From assembly GCA_965235115.1 (NCBI GenBank), contig OZ249437.1:15500001-15564000 (forward strand): a stretch of 64,000 bases of DNA. Reading direction: 5' to 3'. Below the pieces are notes generated by a model. That model was not told the DNA's origin. It worked only from the letters and a program-made list of their open reading frames with translations, and did not search any database. Position numbers and translations under genes: made by a program. Below, piece after piece: positions 30,938 through 41,733 of this stretch; position 1 is the first letter of the stretch, and every line of letters starts with the position of its first letter. This stretch comes from Laetmonice hystrix (taxonomy: Eukaryota).

Positions 30938-33900
30938 GACCAAGGCGGCACGTCTGATAACGCAATCCGTCCATTTAACGTCGTGGCCGCCATGTTGGAG
31001 GACCGTGGTATCGGCTTTAAAAACACCCTGCCCTGGCCCTCCCTCAGGTAGGCATCAGGTCACCCTGCCCTGGCCCTCCCTCAGGTAGGCATCAGACACC
31101 CTGCCCTGGCCCTCCCTCAGGTAGGCATCAGGTCACCCTGCCCTGGCCCTCCCTCAGGTAGGCATCAGGTCACCCTGCCCTGGCCCTCCCTCAGGTAGGC
31201 ATCAGACACCTGGCCCTCCCTGCGGTAGGCATCAGGTCACCCCGCCCTGGCCCTACCTGCGGTAGGCATCAGACACCCTGCCCTGGCCCTCCCTCAGGTA
31301 GGCATCAGGTCACCCTGCCCTGGCCATCCCTGAGGTAGGCATCAGGTCACCCCGCCCTGGCCCTCCCTGCGGTAGGCATCAGACACCCTGCCCTGGCCCT
31401 CCCTCAGGTAGGCATCAGGTCACCCTGCCCTGGCCCTCCCTGCGGTAGGCATCAGATACCCTGCCCTGGCCCTCCCTGCGGTAGGCATCAGACACCCCGC
31501 CCTGTCCCTCCCTCAGGTAGGCATCAGGCACCCCGCCCTGTCCCTCCCTCAGGTAGGCATCAGACACCCTGCCCTGTCCCTCCCTCAGGTAGGCATCAGG
31601 TCACCCTGCCCTGGCCCTCCCAGAGGTAGGCATCAGGTCACCCTGCCCTGGCCCTCCCAGAGGTAGGCATCAGGTCACCCTGCCCTGGCCCTCCCTGCGG
31701 TAGGCATCAGGTCACCTTGCCCTGGCCCTCCCTGCGGTAGGCATCAGGTCACCTTGCCCTGGCCCTCCCTCAGGTAGGGATCAGGCACCCCGCTCTGGCC
31801 CTCCTTGAGGTAGGCATCAGGTCACCCCGCTCTGGCCCTCCTTGAGGTAGGCATCAGGCACCCCGCCCTGGCCCTCCCTGAGGTAGGCATCAGGTCACCC
31901 CACCCTGGCCCTCCCTCAGGTAGGCATCAGGCACCCCGCCCTGTCCCTGGGGGGTGCGGTGCCTCCGAATTGAGCATCCGGCGCTTGTGTCCATCTCTGT
32001 CCAATTTGTGAGGAGCAAGGGGAATATGTAGTCTTCCTTTTTTTCTGGGGGAGGGGGGTAGAAGATATTGACAGTCGCTCCCCGAGTAACTGCAGGGGCA
32101 TTAATTGCCCACAGTGGCAGGCGAAATGAATAAAGTATCTCCACGTCTTTGAGCACGTCTGTTTGAGGGTATTTCTCTACAGTCTTTGATGGTGTTAATC
32201 ATGATGGATTGTTTGATCGATGGCACAACGCCGTCAGTCTCTGAGTCAGGGACGCCGTCAGTCTCTGAGTCAGGGACGCGGTCAGTCTCTGAGTCAGGGA
32301 CGCGGTCAGTCTCCGAGTCAGGGACGCCATCAGTCTCCGAGTCAGGGACGCCGTCAGTCTCCGAGTCAGGGACGCCGTCAGTCTCCGAGTCAGGGACGCC
32401 GTCAGTCTCCGAGTCAGGGACGCCGTCAGTCTCTGAGTCAGGGACGCCGTCAGTCTGAGTCTCTGAGTCAGGGACGCCGTCAGTCTCCGAGTCAGGGACG
32501 CCGTCAGTCTCCGAGTCAGGGACGCCGTCAGTCTCCGAGTCAGGGACGCCGTCAGTCTGAGTCTCTGAGTCAGGGACGCCATCAGTCTCTGAGTCAGGGA
32601 CGCCGTCAGTCTCTGAGTCAGGGACGCCGTCAGTCTCTGAGTCAGGGACGCCGTCAGTCTCCGAGTCAGGGACGCCGTCAGTCTCTGAGTCAGGGACGCC
32701 GTCAGTCTCTGAGTCAGGGACGCCGTCAGTCTCTGAGTCAGGGACGCCGTCAGTCTGAGTCTCTGAGTCAGGGACGCCGCCGTCAGTCTCTGAGTCAGGG
32801 ACGCCGTCAGTCTCCGAGTCAGGGACGCCGTCAGTCTCCGAGTCAGGGACGCCGTCAGTCTCTGAGTCAGGGACGCCGTCAGTCTGAGTCTCTGAGTCAG
32901 GGACGCCGTCAGTCTCCGAGTCAGGGACGCCGTCAGTCTCCGAGTCAGGGACGCCGTCAGTCTCCGAGTCAGGGACGCCGTCAGTCTCTGAGTCAGGGAC
33001 GCCGTCAGTCTGAGTCTCTGAGTCAGGGACGCCGTCAGTCTGAGTCAGGGACGCCGTCAGTCTGAGTCTCTGAGTCAGGGACGCCGTCAGTCTCTGAGTC
33101 AGGGACGCCGTCAGTCTGAGTCTCTGAGTCAGGGACGCCGTCAGTCTCTGAGTCAGGGACGCCGTCAGTCTCCGAGTCAGGGACGCCGTCAGTCTCTGAG
33201 TCAGGGACGCCGTCAGTCTGAGTCTCTGAGTCAGGGACGCCGTCAGTCTCCGAGTCAGGGACGCCGTCAGTCTCCGAGTCAGGGACGCCGTCAGTCTCCG
33301 AGTTAGGGACGCCGTCAGTCTCTGAGTCAGGGACGCCGTCAGTCTGAGTCTCTGAGTCAGGGACGCCATCAGTCTCTGAGTCAGGGACGCCGTCAGTCTG
33401 AGTCTCTGAGTCAGGGACGCCGTCAGTCTCCGAGTCAGGGACGCCGTCAGTCTCCGAGTCAGGGACGCCGTCAGTCTCTGAGTCAGGGACGCCGTCAGTC
33501 TCTGAGTCAGGGACGCCGTCAGTCTCTGAGTCAGGGACGCGGTCAGTCTCTGAGTCAGGGACGCGGTCAGTCTCTGAGTCAGGGACGCCGTCAGTCTCCG
33601 AGTCAGGGACGCCGTCAGTCTCTGGGTCAGGGACGCCGTCAGTCTCCGAGTCAGGGACGCCGTCAGTCTGAGTCTCTGAGTCAGGGACGCCGTCAGTCTC
33701 CGAGTCAGGGACGCCGTCAGTCTCTGAGTCAGGGACGCCGTCAGTCTGAGTCTCTAAGTCAGGGACGCCGTCAGTCTGAGTCTCTGAGTCAGGGACGCCG
33801 TCAGTCTGAGTCTCTAAGTCAGGGACGCCGTCAGTCTCTGAGTCAGGGACGCCGTCAGTCTCTGAGTCAGGGACGCCGTCAGTCTCTGAGTCAGGGACGC

Positions 33901-36900
33901 CGTCAATCGCTGAGTCAGGGACGCCGTCAGTCTCTGAGTCAGGGACGCGGTCAGTCTCTGAGTCAGGGACGCCGTCAGTCTCTGAGTCAGGGACGCCGTC
34001 AGTCTCCGAGTCAGAGACGCCGTCAATCTCCGAGTCAGAGACGCCGTCAGTCTGAGTCTCTGAGTCAGGGACGCCGCCGTCAGTCTCTGAGTCAGGGGCG
34101 CCGTCAGTCTCCGAGTCAGGGACGCCGTCAGTCTCCGAGTCGAGGACGCCGTCAGTCTCCGAGTCGAGGACGCCGTCAGTCTCCGAGTCGAGGACGCCGT
34201 CAGTCTCCGAGTCGAGGACGCCGTCAGTCTCCGAGTCGAGGACGCCGTCAGTCTCTGAGTAGAGGACGCCGTCAGTCTGAGTCTCTGAGTCAGGAACGCC
34301 GTCAGTCTCTGAGTCGGGAACGCCGTCAGTCTCTGAGTCAGGGACGCCGTCAGTCTGAGTCTCTGAGTCAGGGACGCCGTCAGTCTCCGAGTCAGGGACG
34401 CCGTCAGTCTCCGAGTCAGGGACGCCGTCAGTCTCCGAGTCAGGGACGCCGTCAGTCTGAGTCTCTGAGTCAGGGACGCCGTCAGTCTCTGAGTCAGGGA
34501 CGCCGTCAGTCTCGAGTCAGGGACGCCGTCAGTCTCCGAGTCAGGGACGCCGTCAGTCTCCGAGTCAGGGACGCCGTCAGTCTCCGAGTCAGGGACGCCG
34601 TCAGTCTCGAGTCAGGGACGCCGTCAGTCTCTGAGTCAGGGACGCCGTCAGTCTCTGAGTCAGGGACGCCGTCAGTCTCTGAGTCAGGGACGCCGTCAGT
34701 CTCTGAGTCAGGGACGCCGTCAGTCTCTGAGTCAGGGACGCCGTCAGTCTCTGAGTCAGGGACGCCGTCAGTCTGAGTCTCTGAGTCAGGGACGCCGTCA
34801 GTGTCTGAGTCAGGGACGCCGTCAGTCTCTGAGTCAGGGACGCCGTCAATCGCTGAGTCAGGGACGCCGTCAGTCTCTGAGTCAGGGACGCCGTCAGTCT
34901 GAGTCTCTAAGTCAGGGACGCCGTCAGTCTCTGAGTCAGGGACGCTGTCAGTCTCTGACTCAGGGACGCCGTCAGTCTCTGGGAGGGAGGGAGGGAGGGA
35001 GGGAGGGAGGGGGAGGGGAGGGAGGGAGGGAGGGACTTCACGACATCGTGGAATTTTAATTTAATCGTTGAGTATAAGGGATAAATTACAAACAATGCTG
35101 GTAACTTATAACGTGTGTGGTTTGAATACGGCTTAAGCCGCTTTCACATGCACACGGTTTGCGGCGTGCGGCGTGCGGCGTGCGGCGTGCGGCGTGCGGC
35201 GTGCGGCGTGCGGCGTGCGGCGTGCGGCGTGCGGTGTGCGTTTTTGCAGAATTGGAACAACTGAAAATATATATAACCGTTCACATGCCCGCGGTTTGCG
35301 GTGTGCGGCGATTTACATTGGCTACATTATTAAAACGCACGCCGCATGCCGCACGCCGCACACCGTATGCATGTGAAAGCGGCTTAAGAGGCTGCACGTT
35401 TCTTCCAGACGTGACTACCAACATTACATCAAACTTACGAGTACCTCGAACCAACCAGGTAGGTTGACGTACGCAATCGGTTCCATCCTATACCTGTTCT
35501 AACGGAATATCAAAAAGGGAAAAGAAGTGGCTGCTTTTTGTTGTTGAGGTCTTGGATCGGAGGTGGATTTGGTTTTAGGCGAGCAACAGTGATCAAATTG
35601 TAATTCTGTCCACCAATTTTCATATTTCATAGGATGCTACATTGGAGGACCTAATTGTCTTAAGGAATACTAATATTTTAAAGGGGCCCGAACCCGCTCA
35701 TTGGAAAACGAAAACATTACTTTGAGACATTTGTATTCGTTTAAAACCGTTTCAGCCTTGTTTGTGTAAATCAAAACTCGTTGCTTGCCGTGATTGCATT
35801 CCTTCATACTTGTTACAAATATAATTTCACTGTTATGGCAACCTAATCAGACTAAGATGCGGTTAATAACACCAATAACTGCATAAATTCATTGATTTGA
35901 TTGGGTTATTCTTAGCTGGGTTACAGACAACCCCTATCGTTAGAAGAAGTAAGGCAGTATGTTTTTGTGGGATGATGGGCATATGTCATATGTTTCATTA
36001 GTTATTAGGGAAAGTTTGAAAACTTCGTCAAGTCAAGGGTCATTAAAGTAGGATTATACCACAATATTTCTAAGGAACCGACCATAATTATCAGGGAAAA
36101 CAGCGATGAAATCTTTAGGACCTGTTGATGTTTTGTATTTGCTCTAAAATGTCATGCGATTGGTAGAAAATTCGCGCGATTTCCGATAATCTGAAATGAA
36201 CTAGGATCGCGCGGCCTAGACGAAGTCTACCGTGAGACATGTGTAAAGTTTTCTGTGCAGGTCGGAAGTGTGTCAACATTAAGGGTCGGCTGACGTGGGA
36301 GAGTACTTGTTTGGAGGAAAAGTCCAATCCGAACATTATCAACATTGTCATCTCAGGAACGCTCAGGTACTCCTTCCGGTACGGTCACAGTCACAGCTGG
36401 GTGCTGACCGATTATCTTCAGGGATTTTTTAGAAGAGAGAATAAATTTACACACGTTTCTGGAACAAGGACAGCGCTGTACTTTTTTTCTGGTCCTTATC
36501 AAACAACAATATACATCATGCATGTAGATTACTTTTTCTTTTTACACCGACCACCTATTGTTAGGGTCTGAGAAATTATTTGTAGGGGTAGATCTACGAG
36601 AAAACATATTGCCACCTCCCAGGTGATTGTAGAGAAGGGCCATATTTACGACAAGGCGCCCGCTGGAGGCAATCTTACGCTGTAAATTGCCCTATTAAGA
36701 CAGGCTGAAGGGGGACACAGGCTTACATAATATAAAGTTTCGTTCCTGCAGCCAACCACCAGAGTACGTCCATCACGTGGTGCGAGATTTGACGTCAGCA
36801 CTTCGGATAGCGTCAGACCCTTCCCTCGGTGACGTCATTGGTGACGTCTGGGTCATGGGGGGTCAACAGGTTTACGAGGTAACTTATCCCTGACTCCGAT

Positions 36901-38798
36901 ACCAATATTTTGGCTACACTTACAAATGCTCCGTAGTCTATATTCCAAAAATCGATTATTCTACAACCATAACGTGCTGGTATAGTTGCACTTAAAGTCC
37001 ATAATGGCACGAATATTGATCTAGACTCGAGATGAGCTTATTTTGGGAAGATAGGTCTATCTGAGAGGATACAGGGGTTTCTTAACGGTAGATCGATGTA
37101 ATTGGTCAGTAATTATTTTGACCAACCACCACAGTTTAGGGGTTGTTCACAAGTAGGCCTAGTCCTTAGTTGCCGTCCCTGTAAGCTATTAGGTAGATCC
37201 ATACTGCCCTCCCAAGAGAGACAGAAAAATAATGTGAAATAGAGAAAATCGACCCTAAAGTTTATCCCTCAGCCATATTAAATTATATTTGGACCACCTA
37301 AGTAGCTATGGCATATAATGTATATGCCATAACAACAATTTGAGTCGTTTAAATACTTTAATCTTGCCGAGGGATAAGCTTTAGCGTTGATTTTCTCAAT
37401 TTCACAGTTTTGTAGATACTGCAATCTCCCTAGGGAGGGCAGCATAGCACACCCACCATTCGGTGCCTCTGTATACATAGTGTTTAAAAGTAGGCAGTTG
37501 GGCCCTTGCCTTGGCTCAGATTGCAGTGGCGTCGTAAATCTATAAAAGCCCTGAAGGCTTCATGGATTTTTTTTTATATATCCCTTGTTTCACTGTCTAG
37601 AGATTAAAGATTTAGATATATCCTGTGGCACTCCATACAGTGTCGCCTGAAATATCATTTTGATCTACAGTAATCAGTTTATTGGGCGGATATTATGAGT
37701 TGTACATTCGTCTTCAGGATGCTGTGAGGTCGCCACACTGTGAGCGGATTTACCTCACACGAATCCAGGCTCTGTTTCCATGTGATGCTTTCTTCCCCGC
37801 AATAGAGGAGAACTTTCACGTAATCAGGCAAGTAATCCTGAAATTTGATGTTTCTAAATATCTCAGGTGTTATGCGTGAGTAGCTCAATACTGTGAGTGT
37901 GTGAGAAACTTTTTTTCATAATCTTACTTCAACACACAAATCGAATTGCAATATGAAAGACATCCGACAGTGCAATCAACATTTGATACACGCTGTTTTC
38001 CTTTGGTTGAAACAGTGTGATTGTGATTTATATTGGATGGTATTGCGGCCAAGAATTACCGCGCCTGTGGGTGGGTGGGTGGGTATTTGGGGTTTTACGC
38101 CTTGCAACAGCCAGGGTCATATCACGGCGGTGAAGATGAGATGAAAGTCAGTTTTTCTTGGTGGAGGAAACCGGAGTACCCGGAGGAAACCACCGACCTT
38201 CGGGAAGGAACTGACTGACAAACCTTTCACACATGCAGCCCAGGCCGGGAATCGAACCCGGGTCGCAGCGGTGTGAGGCGATGGTCCTAGGTGTCATGAT
38301 GGAGCCGACACCTTAGACCACTCGGCCACCCGAGGCCCCGACCGCGCCTGTGAATATAGGCCTATAATAAAATTATTTAACCAAACAAATACCAAGAAGT
38401 CAACGTTTGTTTGGCCTTATACTGTGTCCCTTGAAGCTTGAACCACCTTGTTGTTATTAAATTCGTCGAAAAGTTACCTTTTATCCTTGGCACCACCATG
38501 TTAAAATTTCATGTTAGAACGATGAGTGAAAATATAGAAAAATAAATAAATACGAGGATAAGGAAAGTAGATCTAGTGCGTGCATTAGTCGGATGCAGGG
38601 GAATATTTTAAATATGGTGTTGTTGAGGATAAAATAACTGGAGGAAGTTAACATGCCGCTTTAATGTTGTAATGATTTATTCTCATTTTCAGTGATCCGG
38701 ATATCGAATCGGCGGTTCTTGAGGACAACGGAATTCAATACAAGTTTGAGGTGTACGGCCGAAACGCCGCCCAATCATCGGTTCGTGGCGCCACCTGA
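30938..38798 (+). CDS. Divergent DHFR-family paralog (intact; start codon in an unlocated upstream exon)
   Basis: Exons 30938-31047, 35409-35458, 36261-36366, 36752-36878, 37718-37827 (GC donor CAG|GCAAGT), 38693-38798; 202 codons with no stop or frameshift and the same intron phases as DHFR. Motifs FNVVAAM...GIGFKNTLPWPSLRRDY, KGRLTWES, WVMGGQQVY, IYLTRI...CDAFFP, YKFEVY. A candidate start exon ATGAGCTGTGCTCAG|GTGAGA (28583-28597) is unverified. Confidence 0.88.
31024..31946 (+). repeat. 35-37-bp minisatellite made from the paralog's exon end plus splice donor, about 25 copies
   Basis: Unit caccctgccctggccctccctcag|gtaggcatcaggt; the first copy is the true exon end (TLPWPSLR). Confidence 0.92.
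32228..34980. repeat. 24-bp minisatellite (with 30-bp variants), about 2.75 kb
   Basis: Unit acgccgtcagtct(c/ct)gagtcaggg, with a sporadic 6-bp gagtct duplication; followed by (GGGA)n at 34981-35033. Confidence 0.95.
35137..35383. mobile_element. MITE with TTAA (or TA) TSD and internal (GCGGCGT)n
   Basis: TTAA|GCCGCTTTCACATGCA ... TGCATGTGAAAGCGGC|TTAA; it ends 25 nt before the acceptor at 35408. Confidence 0.8.
38070..38340 (-). mobile_element. Full-length tRNA-derived SINE (V/Meta-type core, tentative)
   Basis: Minus strand: A box gtggccgagtggt, B box ggttcgattccc, core ggtggtttcctccgggtactccggtttcctccacc, (ACCC)n tail; 12-bp TSD ACCGCGCCTGTG at 38058-38069 and 38341-38352. Confidence 0.9.
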
Positions 38799-39514
38799 CG
38801 GATTGTGTCAGTCATAAATATACGCCACATTAGTCGTTCAGGAAGGGGGCAGTTATGTTCTGGTGAAACCAAAAACTTATAGGGCCACAAATCAGCCTGT
38901 GATTATTGAAAGGTTCAACCTATCTGCAGTAGGCCTAGTACAGGCGTTCAAACGAATGCAGCCGTGAACCCTTCAACGTAGCCTAATTCAGCCAGTCTAA
39001 GCGCGGTATGGATGGCTGTAGGCCTATCACCAATTACAATTTAGCCATCTGTGCCAGTCGTTTGAAGGTTTATTATTAGTGGGGGGGGGGGGGGGGGGGC
39101 AAAATTGTAAGGTTTTACAACATATTCTATGAAGCTAAAGGCAGGTTTTCCCCAGTTCCCCTGTCCGGTCTCGTATTAGGCTACATGTCGAGAGGTCTAG
39201 ATCTAGGCCTATAGGCCTAGGCCTACTTAGGCCTAATTCTGTTCTACACAAACTGTGACAAGTTCAATAAAAAAAAAAGCTATTTATACCTACTCCGTTT
39301 CCTGGTTCGGAAATTAGTGTGTAAGTAGACAGTAGTAAAATGATTTAATCTTATTTTTACTGACCCGAATACTGAGTCAGACATGCTCTGGGAGAACGTC
39401 AATATCAAGTCGACTGACGAACGCCGACTGAGGGTGCACGCGTGGCTCCATCTGACGGGAGAAGCTGTAAATTAGGTGCATCAAATTTTCTTCAGTTTTT
39501 AGACCAAAGCGGTG

Positions 39515-39693
39515 CAGGCGCGGATCCAGAGGGGGGGGGGGGGGTCCAGGGGGTCCGGACTCCCCCCCCCCTGCTCGGGACCAACTTAGGTTTTTGTAAT
39601 GTTATCGGGGAAGGCCCCCAGACCATTGCCCCATCCCCCGGCGGCTCGCATCTTCTGGACCCCCCGCTGCAAAAATTCCTGGATCCGCGCCTG
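39515..39693. mobile_element. hAT-like MITE with 5-bp TSD
   Basis: TIRs CAGGCGCGGATCCAG / CTGGATCCGCGCCTG; CGGTG duplicated at 39510-39514 and 39694-39698. Confidence 0.8.
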
Positions 39694-39706
39694 CGGTGTC
39701 CATATT

Positions 39707-41733
39707 GGGTCATTCCGTGCGGAATCACCTGAAATCCAGAAATCTTCCCAGGTGACCAGCTCAGATTTTTATGATTTTTTGTTTACAGGTACCTCCATAT
39801 GTGTGATAAACACATGCAAAATCTTTTGCTCCAACTCCCAGTAGTTTTCCAGAAATTAATTTTTAAAGTTTGTGTGTCAGTGCAGACTTTATATGTAGAA
39901 AGTCATTTTTGTGTTTTTTCCCATTTTCAAAGCGTTATATCTCAGGACTGGTTGCATGTATCAGGCTGAAATTTGGTATGTGCAAGGTCCCCACCCACGT
40001 ATTCAGTGCCAATCATCAAAGTTGTGCTAAATTGCATTTTTCTATTTTTTATAGCTGACTGAAAATGACATTTTGTTCATATCGGAACATTTTTTTCAAA
40101 CTTTAGGGGGCTCTACACAAAATGTGTATTAAGTGATCATCTTCATATTACACAGCTCACCTCAGTAGATTCCCACCTTGTGTTTAGCCAAAAACAATGC
40201 CCATCACAATAATAGTTTTTGAGCTGTAGCTCCATAAAAATCGATCATGGTTGAAAACGTCGAAAAAAGTTCTCCATTCTAGGTCGGATTTCACCATGTA
40301 GGCAACTACTCAGAAACTTCAAATTTTTTTAAAAGGTAGAATGTCTATATGACATTTGTCAGTAGAATTCTTTTTATCTAACTCAAAAGGCTTCATGTTT
40401 AAAAAAAACAGTTTAGACGGTATTAAACAGAATGTAGAAATCCATAATATCTTATTAAAAAATATCTAAAATGGATTTAGCATAGTTTATAACTACTAAA
40501 TAACTACTGAACATACATCTGTTCATAATCATAATTAATTCATAATTAAATGATTAAATGAAAAAAGCTCTCCATGTTTTTTAACTAACTCACAAGGCTT
40601 CATGGTAAAATAAATTTATTTAATTATTTATTTAATTTATTTACTTAATTATTTAATTTAGTTTATTTATTTACTTAATTATTTTATTTAATTAAATTAG
40701 GTAATCAAATTAGTTAATTAAATTAGTTAATTAAATTAGTTAATTAGTTAATTATGAATTAATTATGATTATGAACAGATGGATGTTCAGTAGTTATTTA
40801 GTAGGCATAAACTATGCTAAATCCATTTTAGATTAATTTATTAATTCAATTAATTTATTTAATTAATTATTTTATTTAATTATTTTATTTAATTATTTAA
40901 TTATGAATTAATTATAATTATGAACAGATGTATGTTCAGTAGATATTTAGTAGGCATAAACTATGCTAAATACATTTTAGATATATTTAAATGAGATATA
41001 ATGGATTTCTACATTCTGTTTAATACTGTCTAAACTGGTATTTTTTTAAACATGAAGCCTTTTGAGTTAGATAAAAAGATTTCTACTGACAAATGTCATA
41101 TAGTTATTCTACCTTTTGAAAAAAATTGAAGTGTCTGAGTAGTTGCCTACATGGTGAAATCCTACCTAGAATGGAAAGCTTTTTTCGACGTTTTTCACAC
41201 ATGATCAGTTTTCATGCAGCTACAGCTCAAAAACTATTACTATGATGGGCATTGTTTCTGGTTAAACACAAGCTGGTAATCTACTGAGGTAAGCTTTGTA
41301 ATATGAAGATGATCACTTAATGCACATTTGGTGTAGAGCCCCCTAAAGTTTGAAAAAAATGTTCCGATATGAACAAAATGCCATTTTCAGTCAGCTATAA
41401 AAAATAAAAAATGCAATGTACCACAACTTGGAGGATTGGCACTAAATATGTGGGTAGGGGACCTTGCACATACCAAATTTCAGACTGATACATGTAACCA
41501 GTCCTAAGATATAACGCTTTGAAAATGGGAAAAAGCACAAAAATGACTTTTGACATGCACAGTATGCACCGACACACATATTTTAAAAATTAATATCTGA
41601 AAAACTACTGGAAGTTGGAGCAAAAAATTTTGTATGCCTTCATCAAACATGTGGAGGTACTTGTAAAAAAAAATTCATAAAAATCTGAGATGGTCACCTG
41701 GGAGGCTCTAGGTGAATCCGCGTGGAATGACCC
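39707..41733. mobile_element. 2-kb foldback element with inverted arms of about 830 bp
   Basis: Starts GGGTCATTCC and ends GGAATGACCC; arms about 39707-40535 and 40895-41733 align along their length; AT-rich spacer; no ORF and no clean TSD. Confidence 0.85.

Noticed and set aside
32101-34849. Long repetitive ORFs up to 422 aa on both strands
   Set aside because: Unit lengths of 24 and 30 bp keep frames open by chance; the array is in an intron of the DHFR paralog.
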